A stretch of DNA of 64,000 nt from Chrysomallon squamiferum (taxonomy: Eukaryota; Animalia; Mollusca). Below the pieces are notes generated by a model. That model ran no database searches, was not told where the DNA came from, and saw only the letters and a program-made list of their open reading frames with translations. This document shows, piece by piece, positions 18,271 through 32,500 of this stretch. The position numbers and the translations under genes are program-made. Each line of letters starts with the position of its first letter. Position 1 is the first letter of the stretch. Where the stretch lies: assembly GCA_012295275.1 (NCBI GenBank), contig CM022670.1, forward strand, positions 16,244,001 to 16,308,000, given 5' to 3'.

Positions 18271-18680
18271 CAGTTTGTGCACTACATGTGCAAATTATGA
18301 TGTCATTAATGAACCACTATAGAACTGATTGGTGAAATGATGAAGGGAACGTGGATCTTTATGTCAAAATTAACTGGAAAAGGATATGATGATATGTGTC
18401 ATATATTACATAATGTAATAAAATCTTATTTTCTCTCGGATATTCTAGAATTTATTTGAAATATTATTATTATATTTTTAATTTAAAAACATACTGATCC
18501 CAACAGTGATTAAAGTAGTTTTTAATGCAGATTTGAACTTAAAATGGTTTGTTTCTTATTCATGGTGGTATTTAATACTACTAATAGATGTTTATTTCAT
18601 TTGTACCTGAAAAAAAAAAAAAAAAACAAGCATAAAAAGGTGTTTTGTTTTTTGTGAAAAAAAAAAACATTTTGTAATTC

Positions 18681-18712
<32 letters not shown>

Positions 18713-19130
18713 CAGCATGCATGCATAATACACAGACATGCACACATCCATGTTAATTGGGATGTTAAAAATTATTACCAAATGCTATTTTGTTCTTATT
18801 TTTTTATTTAAAAAAAAAAAATTGTTGTTTGTAAATATATTTTTATGTTATTTATTTTCCTTTACACTTCCTAATTTTTAGAACATAACATTTTCAAAAT
18901 ACAATTAATTTTCATATTGATCAAATATAATTTATTATTTATTCTTAGTAACATTTGCAGACTTTTTAATTTATTCATATTTATTTTCATTTTTTCGTTA
19001 CAAAAAACTACCATTTTACACAATTGATAGTGGTGTTCTGTTTTGTTTTAACCTTAAAGATTTAAAGATTTATATTGTTCATTTTCAAACAGTTATTCTG
19101 GTGTTTCATGTTGAGCATTTACTCATCAAA

Positions 19131-22100
19131 ATGACAGAAGTGTATATTGTTGGAAGAAACTTGTCAAAGCATGGCACTGTTTGTCTTCCACTCACTTCCA
19201 GTGCCATTATATTTGTCATAAAATACTGCCAGTCAGTTCCACTCAAACTTGTCATCGTTGATGACAGCAGCAGTGACGAGTGTGTGATACAGATGACTTC
19301 AGACTCGTTTAATAATTTGAATCACATATTTGTGAATGAAGTCTCTCTGCCACCACTGATAAAAAACTGTTCCTTGCCAGTCGTGTATGATTCTGATGCA
19401 GCAATGATTCGCTCTGGTTTGTGTTGTACGGTTAGACACATCATCAGCTTGGCCCATGCTCATGCTCCTGATGACAATTTTCAAGACCTTTTGGTGAGTT
19501 GAAAAAATTTGTAGTTATAATTAATTCATTATTTGCTTTCACTTTGAAAACTTATAATTTTTAGCAATTTGCATTTTGGATCCCATTAAAATTAAATTTA
19601 CCAAAAAAAATTATATTTCAAATGAATAAATGTAACATAAACGTTCCTATTTTGTTTTATCATTTTCGAATAAATAAACTGATCTATTTTTATTTAATTT
19701 CTTAAAGTGTAGATATGAGATTACTAAGCCATCTAATATGAACATACTTATGTTGTTTTTAAGTCATATATTTGGTTGAATTTATTAAGTTATGAATTAT
19801 TTACAGTTTCATTTTCAATTCTAAGAGTTGTTTAAATTGTTTACCTGAAGAAAATATACATATTTTTTATTTCAGGAAAAATAACTTACATTAGAATGTA
19901 ACTTGGAAAAATTAATTGAGAATTTGTTGAGTTAATGTTTTCAATTTTCATGAGCTACATATATTTTACTGAATATGTTTTGAATCAGAAAATGAAAATA
20001 ATATAGTTTTTTTAACACTTTTTTTATTGTTTATTTTTTTGTTATTGTAAACTGTGTTAGAATCAGTTGTTGTAATAAATGCAATCTGATAACTTACAAT
20101 GTTTTTGACATATTTATAAATGGACTAATTTTAATAATAATGTTGAATATGAAATATAATATTTCTAATATGTATTGTAATGCAAAACAAAAATGTTCAC
20201 TATAATTTCATAAAGTGTTGTATTTGTAATTGTTTTCAGGGATTTCGACAGGGAAGTTTAAGGATGTGTGCTGAGGTTAAGTGATTTCTTTTCTTCTCTC
20301 TTTTCTCAACTTTTACACTAAAAAAAAATTCAAACTATAAATGTGAAGAAACTATTGAAACATGTATATGAGGGCAGGCATTTAAAACCAAATACAATTT
20401 TTTTTTTACAGTTTTACTAATCTTTTCTTTCAATATATATATATATATTTGGAGAGACAATTATTGTCAGTTAGAGGAAGCTAGTGACAAATAGTAAACA
20501 ACCACACTCAAATGTCTAATTCACATTTACAGATTATGCTTTTATTTTAGTTAACATAGTGCTTTAAGCCATATAATTAGATAGGTTTTTTAACACTTCA
20601 TTTAATTTTGCTTGTTTAGATAGTTATTCTATAATTAATTTCATTGCTTTAATCAAGAAAATTAAATAGCTTTGTTTAATTTTGCTTTTTTAGATTATTA
20701 TTCTGTAATGGATATCATAACCGTTTTATATTTTTATTCTGTTTCAGGTTTCAGGATGGACAAAACTCTGTGAAATGGAGCTCAATACCAGCATTGCTTT
20801 GTTAATCAGACAAATCAGGTAAATATAGGGGAGATGGGACGTTTTTGTTTTTTAATCTAATCAACCTGTGCTTTCAAGATATATCAAAGTATTGTGGGCA
20901 AATGGAGCAGTTCCCAACTTCACATGTTTAATAGTTTACCCAAAACATTCTGTGTTTTAAAAATGATATAATGTTTATAATCAAGTTTAAATAAAATAAT
21001 TCATGCAAAAGTTTTTTTTTGCACTTTCATCAGAAAAATTTAGATTTTTATTCAGAGAATTTTTCTTCTTGAGAAAAACTTCAGATTTCCCAACACATCA
21101 TTAAGAGATTGGTGTAATATGTAATTGGTTGATGGTACCCACCTTTCAGGTTTTCTTACTGTGGAAGCTGGCAGAGGGAATGGCTCAGTTTACACCAACC
21201 CCCCTTTATATTACATTTTTATTTTCTTATTTACTCCTTTGATAATGTAAATACCTTACCAATGGTGGAAATCGGAGGGGACAGAGGGGTTGGTGAACCC
21301 TTACTTTTTAGTTTCCAGTTTTGAACTAATATGAAGTTAGATATATTTATTTTGCAAAGCAGTCATTATCAAATATCTATACATTTCAAACTGATTTGAC
21401 TCTGAAAATTAGCATACTGAGGTACTTTAAAACACAGCATGTTCCAACTGATGAAGAAATAAACAATAATTAAAAATACTCAGCATATGACATCTTCTTA
21501 CCTCTTCTTTCCAACCTCAGCAATCCAGATCGTAACATATCCCTAGTCCCTAAAACCCATTACTAAAATCAAACAATCAATCTGCCATAATATTTTTATT
21601 TTTTGTTTAAGTAAAAATTATCGTTTTTAATCAAACAACATATTCTGTCATTACTCAATACTTTGTTTATAAGATAACTAATTTTTATAGCTTAACTCTT
21701 GTCTCTTTTTTTTTATATTTAAGACAAGCATCTTCTGATGAACCAATAAACATCCCTAATGACCTTGTCAAGTTAGAAGTCCATTTGAAGACACTGCCAG
21801 TTGTTCACAACGACAACAAAATTAAAAGACGGTTTGTCAAGATGTTAAAGACAGATGTGCAAGACCCACAAAAGAAAGAAGATATATTAAAAAGCTGCAA
21901 CAGAGAAAACACACATTTGATACTTGAGAAGAATGAAATTTTTCCACATGGTATTCGCCAATACAGATGCAAAAAAATGAATGTCTTTGAAAAGGAGGAT
22001 AGTTCTATCAGTATAAATAAAAAAGAAAATATCTGTGATGGCATGTTGAAACTTTCACTTGATGAGGAGAACAACTCAGCTGATCTTGTGGCAGCCATAA

Positions 22101-25100
22101 TGAAACTGACTTTTTTGGATGTAGAACTAACACATCTGTATTTGGAAGGAATTGAAATGACAATTGCTGACATCATTGTATTTGTTTATTTTTACCATTT
22201 GATGGTAATTTATCCTTTATCGTCTTTGTTAAGCATAACATTATTTATTTGTCTGTTTTGTTTTCTGATATGTGTCTGCTATGCAGTGACTGGTTTGAAA
22301 TTCACATTCTGAAACATTAATTTTCTTTTGAAAACTATATTTTTTGAATTTAGATGTGACAGTTTAATTTGAATCACTTTAGTTAACTTTACACAATAAT
22401 TACTTTTAGTATATTAGTAATGTCAAAAATGGGACTTAATCAAACTTTATTTTACTTTGTCTACTATCATACATGATTTTTGAACCACATATTGTTCTTA
22501 TTAAATTTAATTTTTGTTTCTTGATTTTGTTGCAAGGAATCAATCCAGTTTAAGATTTCAGTCTTCAAAAACTATTTTCCAAAAGTTCTTCAATGGTTTT
22601 CTCATATATCTTCAATCAAACAAATACAAAATGCATCTGCCAGCTGCTGTTTCAAGTTGGAATCTCTAAGACTGGGTTTACTTGAATCTCATCTATCAGA
22701 TCTGAATGTCTGTCTTATCCTGCCAGAGATGCCTGCTAGTACAAATCAAAACATTGAACTAAGGTACTTTTAATGATTTTTATGTAATTTTTATTTAATA
22801 TCACTTTCTAATCTAGTATCCTATTAACCACTGTTAATATTTGTTGGAGATTATTTTGATAACTGATCAGTAGAATTTCATCTTTGTATAGAAATGAAAT
22901 GTCTTTGAAATACATATTCTGACACAGGAAATAAACATTTCCATTTTTTCCCTTAGATTTTCAGTTACAAAGTATTGTTAATGGCATCACAAATGCATAC
23001 AATTTATTTCATAAAAAAAAATATATATTCAGAATTTCAGTATCTGCTTTGAAAATTGTTTTTCATTTTTTAAATCTAAACAGCAGTTATTCTTGAAACA
23101 GCAAATAGCACTCAAATCCACTTTGTTTACAAAGAAGTAAACTGACTGTGTTGGAATTAAAATGTAGATAAATGGCCTCTTTTCATGTTATTTGTATATG
23201 CCAAGAAACCATCACTTGGATTAATATGTTCCAGAATTTAACATCATATATAATTTCTTTCTTATTTAATATCTAACATACATTTTTTCTGTCTTTATAG
23301 CAGAAGAAATAAGAGCAATTTCAAAGCCTACAAACCTGATGTTACCCATGTATTAAAAAAGATAAAGGTGATCATAATTTTTTTTTTCATCCAAGAAATC
23401 TGAAGTAATACTTGGAAATTATGTTGTTATTCTAAAATTTTAATATGCTGGATGTCTTTATTGTTAAATTAAAGAAATTTGCATTTATATTTAATATTCA
23501 GGGATTGAGAAGGGCATGGCATACCTAATAAAACCATGCCTGTCTAGGGCAGATTTATTGTAGACTTTAAAAAAAATTTACTGTTATTTTTTGACAGGAC
23601 AGTATGATTCATGTTCAACTGAGTGAACATCCATGTGGGAAAAATGTTGAACTTCCTTGGGACAAATTACCATCTGGTGTTCACCCTAGAGAAGGTGTGT
23701 ATATTATTGTGTGCACTTTTATATAAAACATTAATTAGTACTGATTTATATTCAATGAACTCTACTTGTGGCTGTATGAATATGAGGTATGATAAAATTA
23801 TTTATATCTCTTAAGTTGTTATTTTATTACTTTGCTTCATCTGTCAGTAAAATAACTTTTCATGTCACACTATTTAATAATTTGGTTGGTTAGAAGAGTA
23901 GGAAATAAGAAAAAAACAAAGATTGATCAATAAATTCAAAGCCTAACTACACTCAAGGGCACTAAAAGTTAAAAAATCAGTGTTTATTGATGATTTCAGT
24001 TTAGGACTTTAAATTGAATATGATATTTGGATAAAATCAATAATTGATAAATCTGGTCTTAATCAATGTTCATAGAACATTTTGATCACTTTCCAGTCTT
24101 GGGTATTGTTAAAGAAATTATAAACACATTTGTATAAGGACATTTGCACACAAGTTTTTTGTTATATTCATTTCTGAAATAAACCCAAAATATTTATACA
24201 GTTTTATTTCTTTATTATTTTTATTATGATGACACAATTTTCTATTTACAGACTGTTAATAAATAAAATAACAGATAAAAATAGCAAGATATAATTAAAA
24301 TGTTTTATGTATCCTTTAGCAAAATATTAGTATCCTTGCAAGAATAGAAATAACATTTTGTTAAACATTATAAACAGTGGAATGAAAGAGATGTTGGACA
24401 AATCATATGTGGGTTATTGATAGACTTCTGAACAAATATGTCAGTTACCAAAATAAAAACATTCATTCAAATACATTTTTATAACAGTTAAATATAAAAA
24501 TCCATCCCAGACAGCACAGAGTCACATAAATGCAATTTCTACTTAAACAGATGCTGTCTTGCATAAATCACATATTTAATGTGCTGTACTTCATGAATTA
24601 GTGGATTAACATTTATTTTGCAGGAACTGTCCCTGAAAAACGTGTTCGGCGAAAATGTCAACAACTGGAAAATTTAGTTACTGCTGTGATGAACATTGCC
24701 AAAAAAGGAAACATCATCATTGACTTCTGCAGTGGTGGTGTAAGTTGTACATAGATATTGTGTTATATGAGTTTAAAAACAAATGAAAATTTTATTCATT
24801 TTTTTTGTAAATTTCTTAATATTCACTCAAATGTTTATGAACTGATGTATGAGGATATTAGTTTATTACAAATAACATTAATGAACATTTTTTAATTCAC
24901 TATTGATTACATTACTATTTTTCAAAATGACATTTATGGTTTTATTACCTGAATGCCATAGCAAGAAGTTTTATCAAAATCATTATTTTTAAGTATAGAA
25001 AAGGAAAAAAAAAAAAAAAAAAAAAAAACATATTTAGTATAAGTTGTACATGGAGAAAAAAAAACTATTATTTTAATTTTTTTTTTTTTTCATTTGTATT

Positions 25101-27878
25101 TAAAAGGGACACCTTGGAATTGTAATAGCCTACATGTTACCTGACTGCAAGGTAATGTTTCACTTTTATTTTATTACTACTCTTTCTATTATTACAGATA
25201 TTATACATATTTTTTCTGAAATTTTGAGGAATTAAACATATTTCCTGATTATAATTTTTTTAAATTATTTTTAAAAAACAGATTTTGCTTTTTCATTGCT
25301 TAGTTATTTAAAGTTTTACATCTTCTAAATAGCTTTTGTAGCAGAAATCTAGATTTTTAATTGAGCATCACATAATTTTATGACTAAATTAATTAAATGA
25401 AGTGCCTTAATAAATTGAATAAATAAAATATTTCATTAAAAAATCAAGAAATCCTTGCAAACTTTCTGTGTTACACCTTTTAGGTCTACATGATCGAGAA
25501 CAAAGAAGAATCATTGATGAAAGCAAAACAGAGGGTTGATCAACTTGGACTGACTAATGTAGTGTTATATCAGGTAGAAAAACTAAACCAATACCCTACA
25601 GTAATAATTAATTACATCAATACAGTTAACATTCAGCCTTTTTACTCAGGGCCATGTAGTTTCCATATTTAAGCAAGAATCGTCATTTTGGAAACCCAAC
25701 ATTCAATGGTATGCTTGTATGCCATTACCATTACATGCACTTCCCAGCAAGTGGTGGTATGAGTGAAAATTACAAAATGATTGTTCATAGGTATACATTA
25801 GTGGAAGAATTACATTAGTTTAGTCTGTCAAATTATGTCCATGTCGTTGATGAAGAAAATGTTTGTAGGTAGGATGGAGGTAAAGAAATTTTCGTTGTTT
25901 GGATCCAGATTATTTACCAAATGCTTTCAGTGAATTTGATATTCAAGTAGTCTTCTTAAGGTAGGGAAAAGTCAGAGAGAAAATAGCATTTGGGCAGATG
26001 GAGAAACTGAGACTTTTGCATAATTTGGATCTATATGTTACTAAGATATACAAAAATGATGCAAAAGTGTCAGTTTAAAATTAAGCATGATGTTACAATT
26101 GGCATCAAGGTCTTTGAAGTGGCTCTGTTTTTTTGGCAAAAGTTATTCTAAGTTCTGAGAATTAAAATAGACTAATGCACACTATCTTTAAAATTCAATT
26201 TAATAATGTCATAATTTCCATTGCGTTAGCTTATTTAACTTATCCTTGTCACTTTCAGTGTAACCTGGAATACTTCAATGGTTATTTTGATATTGGTGTT
26301 AGCCTTCATGCTTGTGGAGTGGCCACTGATATGGTTTTACAACATTGCCTAGACAAGAAGGCTGCATTTGTTGTCTGTCCTTGTTGCTATGGCAGCATAC
26401 AGAAAACTGATGAAATTTCCTATCCTAGAAGTCAGCTCTTCACTGAGGCAGGAATAACCTACAAGGTATCATTCTAATAAAATTTTCTTCTAAAATTCCT
26501 TTTGTTACAGCTGCAGTAATAGTTTAAATAACCTAATTTTCTTTTATTTTGCTTTTCAAAGTATGTTATTAATTATAAAAAATTTGACAAAATAAAGCTA
26601 TGGTTATAAAATATTTACAAAACATTGTTAGAGGTTATTAAATAAAATATATTAACATTGTTCTGGGTCAGAAGCATGATAGAAATAATTTTTATTTGTT
26701 ATTAGTTTTAAAGCATTCCATTTGTCAGAATATGTCTGCCAATTCCTTCGTCAGAAATGAATGGCATGTAATTTATTTCTTAACCTTCAGATTGGACAGG
26801 CTATACCTATAGTGTCAGAACATGATCAGGTTAATACAGATGCCAGTTTGATTAACAGAACTCTATTTTTATCCTCATTTCAGGAGTTCTTAACTCTGGG
26901 TCATGCTGCAGATCAGACAGAATTCAATATAAAGCTGGAGAGCCAAGGTAATTTGTATGACAGTTCACATCTCATATCAACATTTATTATGATTCATCAG
27001 TGATCATTTTACAAATTTTATATATTTGACATGTTAAAGTTCGAAGATTGTCATTAATTACCAAGAATGTTTTTTTTTTAAATAGATTTCTCCAGGTTTC
27101 CAGAGTCCTATTGCCTAATTTTCCCATCTTTTCTTTCTTGTTACTATCTTTCTGTTACTTGTGAAACTTTTAGCTGTTGTCATATGGCTCTTCAGATATA
27201 TCTGTTCATAACTGTTTGCATTTCCAATTCATGAAGACATTATAGTTATGTCTATTGTTTTTGCTTATACTTTATAAAAATAAAAATAAGTTTCGTAATA
27301 AGAAAAAAAAAAGAAAAAGGGGGAGAAGGGAATTAACAGTTTAAGAACAAAACAAATGTTATTGTTAAGTCTAAATAATCCATGGTTTCATACATTCCAT
27401 TAAAACAATGTTAAATTACATTTCATTCATAGACAGACATTACTATTGACTATTTGGAAGGCATACAGTTTACTTGTATTTAAATGCATTGTTGCATAAT
27501 ACTAAATTTAGTTTTGTTGACAATACATTTAAATATAGCTGAAGAATAATAATATAATGGACTGGTTCTGCTTTAAGTGATCACTGGATAATAATATATG
27601 TAAAGATTTTAAATTCTCAGTATTAAAACTGCTTTTTAAGTCAGTAGAAAGGGCAAGAGATGATGAATATTTGATGAAGTAGGTACATACCAGTTGTTTC
27701 ATTAACAGGTTTAAAATATTTCTTTATTTCAGGACGTTACTGTAGCAATTTAGTGGACACAGACAGGGCACAATTTGCAAAAGAAAATGGCTTCCAAGTA
27801 AGATTATGTTCCCTACACCCTCCATCATGTACCCCAAAAAATAATTTGTTGATTGGGACCTCCTGCAAATATGAATGA
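19131..27878 (+). CDS. GSTCD: Glutathione S-transferase C-terminal domain-containing protein (GST-C plus class I methyltransferase-like domain)
   Basis: 13 coding exons: 19131-19493, 20240-20275, 20748-20818, 21724-22204, 22537-22763, 23301-23367, 23598-23694, 24624-24739, 25107-25151, 25484-25573, 26259-26465, 26884-26947, 27733-27878. Diagnostic motifs CAEVSGWTKLCE, VHNDNK, RKCQQLENL, IIDFCSGGGHLGI, SLHACGVATD, CPCCYG, CTPKNNLLIG. AATAAA at 27982. Confidence 0.93.
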
Positions 27879-29546
27879 TGGAGCAATGATGGATATAGTG
27901 CATAAATCACCATGACAGTTTAGATGCTTTGATAAATCAAAACAAACATAAAATGTTTTACAGTTATATTTTTAATTCATCAATAAAGAATGAACAAATG
28001 GAATTTTTGTGTATTTAATTTTAAGCTAATATAATAGTTGGATGTGAGTCATAGCAGGATTGAAAATTCAGCTGAGTTAATGTATGGTATTCTACAGAAT
28101 ATTTATAATAAAGATGCCTGAATACAAAAAAAAAAGAAAAGAAATGATTGCAGATATTAGTATAAAATAATGTTATGTATTTAACTGGAAAATGGTTCTA
28201 AGAACTACATGGTCAGGCAAGGAATGCAAGGAAACTATCCAATTAATATTGATGATACAACTGAAAACTGACTTCTGCAATCAAACCACAGTGCAGTGTT
28301 CTCATCCTAGTTATGTCTACAAACTATATTTCTTGAGATATATTATAATTTCTAGGTTTTTTTAGTTTTTGTCATTTTTGTTGCTGTATAAATTTAATGG
28401 TAAATAGTCAGTTTTACTGAGAATCTGAGAGGAAAACACAGCAGTTTTTGAAAACATCTACCATGTAAAATATTTTACAAAAACATTAAGAAAAAGTTCC
28501 AATAACAAATAAAATGAAAATATAAATGTAAAATTGCTATATATTCTTTTTTTACTAATAAATAGCATGTAGCATGTATCAAACGAAATCAATTCATTGA
28601 AAAAACCCTCTGAATAATCCTAGTTATTTCATTCAGTAACAAATTGATAACAAGCATAAAATTTAATTGATATATACTGACATTAAGATATATTAAACAG
28701 AGTTATATTTAATTTCATTGCAAATGGTTACACCACATAAAAATGAAATCGGAACATTAAGTTATAAAACTTGAAAATCTAAGCTATAAAACTTGTATAT
28801 TATACTATTCATTTTTTATATTATTATAATTTGTTTTATTACACTGATCATCATTTTCAAGACATGAATGTAATATTCTTTTACACATCTGAAGTCATAT
28901 ATACAGTTTGTCGTAGAAATCACATATCAGAACCCAACATCACAAAACAAATCAGAATTATAAAGTAACCACTGCATTAATTAATTCAACAAACTGACAT
29001 ATGTTAAGGTGTGATGAAAAAATCTCAAAATTTCTGCTGTTCTAGTTGCCAGGACAGGTCATATATTCACTGAGATACAATATACAAAAATCGAAATGGA
29101 AAGAACTTGGATAGGGGTGATTTGTCTTGATATGTGAGTATTGTTTTAGCATAGACCTAATTAACCATTCTCATTCTGAAATAAATTAATTAATTTTCTC
29201 TGTGGAATAATGATATATTCTGTATACTGAGATGAAATGATCAACAAACCACAGAAACCAAGATCAGTTACTTTTACTATGAAATTTCTCCCACAACTGT
29301 AGACAGTGTCTCATTGAAATAAAAATTGGACAGTTTAGAAGGAATTAAGTGTTTCTTCACTGGAGTACTCGTTAGTTTTTGTAGTCGCTTTACACAGATT
29401 GTCTTTTTCACTGATTCATGTTTCACTGAATTTGCAAATGTGTCCTGTTTAAAGTCTGATGGAAATTTTCTGAGGTAGTTGGTATTCTGATTAGAGAACC
29501 CTGTTTGTCCTTTTTGAAGGTTTGTCAACAGCATCCTCTGGACACT

Positions 29547-32500
29547 TCAACAACCCAAAATAAGACTTTTTGCCACTTCTGAATTTTTACATTTGGCTGA
29601 CATCATAAAATCAACCAAACGTTTTGACTTTTTATGAACAAAGTTAGAGATATCTGAAGACAGATTATCACTGTGATACTGAGTACATGCAGCTTTCCTT
29701 TTCACACTATTTGGAGAAGCGTCAAACTTTTGTATACCATTTAAAGACATTTTTGGAGAAACAGTTTCAGTTACAATTTTACACTGAGGAGAATTTTCAT
29801 ATTTTGAGCTGCATATTGCTGCCATTTTTATTGATGAACAAGGACTTGACAATCTCAGAGATGACAGTCGACTGACTGGTGACATTTCCAAATGTTTATG
29901 TGGTGTATTTAAATAATTTTCATCTGTTATAGCTTTTTCTCCCAAATTTCTGGTTTCCATGCTATCACATGCAAATTCATGGTTCATTTCTGAAGTCAGA
30001 CACTTTCTACTTAAATATGTTCTTTGGTTGGAATGCTCTGAGTTTACTACATAGGTCTCGCTAAGATTGGCATGTGCTTTTTTAAGTGAATGTTTGTTAT
30101 AGGCATTGTTAAAAGGTGATTTTGTACGTTTTGTTATTTGTTTAACATTCCTTTTTTGTGTTTCTTCTGCTAATACATCTTTTGGTCCTTTAATTTCAGT
30201 AGTCTTTATTGAATTAATTAAAACTGTTGAATCTGTAGAAATCCGTTTTAATGTTTTTTCACATTTAAAGTTACTCTTATGCAGATCCAGTTTCAAAGCC
30301 CCATTTGAACAAAACCAGTTTTCAGTACTTTTGACTTTCTCATATTTGTTTGAAGGTATCAAACCATTTTTTGAAATTTCTGATGGAAATTCCAATTTGA
30401 GAGGCTTGAGTGATGTTTTTTCTCCAGACCTCATTCTGTTTGATTCAGAAAGTATTTTTTCCTTTTCCCTGGAACATGATGTATCAGCAATAACATCTCT
30501 GTCATCAACTTTGTATTTTTCCGACTTTTTTTGACACTGCAGCGAAGATACACCATTTTCATTAAACGTTTGTTCTGCAGATGGATAGAAAACTGTAAAA
30601 TCTGGACAAGGGGAATCAAAAAAATCTTTTAATTGCTCATCATTCATTGACAGTTCAGACTGCTTAAACCGTTTTCTGGCTCTCAGTATTCGCCTTGATG
30701 CAGATGACTGTGGTGATTTAATATTTTGTTTCAATGGTGTCAAGAAACTTAAATTTATTTCCATCATGTTTTTTGGACAAGTACCACATAAAAGGTTACT
30801 GCTATTACCTTCTTCAATGATGTACGTAGCATCTGATTTAACAGAACTACCTGAACTTTTATTTAGACAAATATTATTTCCTGCAGATTGTATCGGATCC
30901 ATGTTTTTGGTGTCTTCCATCTCCCCTAATTTAATATCAGAAGTAGTAGAATGCACACTTTTTTGAAGATTTTGCTGTTGTTCAATAATCCAAGCATGGA
31001 CAAATTCCGACTTAGTTAACAAATAATCTTGATCGTCATGTGTCTGACATGTTGAATTCTCAGCAGAGGTTTGATATTTGACAGAATCTTCAGAGGAGCG
31101 AATGCTGTAGTCACTTTCACTTAATGGTTTCTTTAAGCTTGCAGAATGAGTAAGATTATCTGAATTTTCACTGCACCCGAGAATGTTGTCTGAATTTTCA
31201 TTGCAGCTGACATTGATGTCTGTATTTTCATCACAACTGACATTGTTGTCTGTATTTTCATTGCAACTGAAATTGTTGTCTGAATTTTCATTGCAACTGA
31301 CAATATTTCTTTCAAATGAAACAGATGATTTGTCCTGTGTCTCCACTGGTGTGGCTCTACAGTCTGTAATACTGTTTTCAGACAAACTAGATGATTTCTG
31401 TAACGAGTACCAAGACTTGCTAACCTGTTGGTCATTCTCATCCAACACTTTCTGAGAGACAGCATCAATTGATGCTGAATCAGTATTACTGAACTCTTCC
31501 CATGAGCCTTCACTTTCAGTACTAAGTGACGCCAATGTTTCTGCATCACTTGGATCATTATCTTCAACACAAATGAAGCTGAAGACTTTGGTACAGTTTT
31601 CTGAAAATTATTTTTTAAAAAAGAAGAAAAAAAGCTAAATGTTAAAAGACAATTAGGTAAATACTAAAAACTTAAATTTTTCCATTTTCAGAATTTGAAA
31701 AACAATTTGATTAAAAAAAAATTTTGGAAACTATTTTAATATCCCCTTTTTATTTCTTTTTATTGTGGAATAAATATTTTATGAAGAAAAAACAATTATC
31801 CATCACACAAACTTGATAGTGTTATAGATTATTTGTTATATAAGATATTTCGTAAATGAAACTTACAAGTGCTTACTATTTATCAAAACATATTGGACAT
31901 TTTCTAATCAATGTAACTTGTTGAGTAACACTGTTTGTAAGTCAGAAGTCTAATTATCAGTTGCATCAACATCCATAGTAACTTGTCACACTAAAAACAA
32001 TGAAAATATTCAGCTTGAAAGGTAACGACTGATGGTCTTGAAATTTATTTCAAACATAACTTACCTTCAGCAACTGATTCATTTAATGCTTCACTTGAAA
32101 ATGATTTATCAACCTGCAAAATAAGAAAAGATTAGTTAGCAACCATAACACATGCATGTCCCAGTGATTTGTTTATCTTTGTCTCAGGTTTGTTCTACAT
32201 AATAAATACACATTTAAACACACAGAGACATGCATAAACAACTTATGTCAATTAATAAATGTTAGTGTGTGTGTGTGTGTGTGTGTGTGCCTGTCTGTCT
32301 GTCTGGATGGAGAGAGAAAGACACACACATAAGAATAATTCCCAAGTAAAAGAAAAATACATGTATAGGTATTATTTTTGGAAGATGAAAAGATATTAGT
32401 CAGTACCCATTTTCCATAGTCTGAACAAAATATCTTTAAAGTATCTGCAGCCTGTGTTTTTTATTTGTGAGGAATCTTTTCTAATAGCACAAAATTTGTT

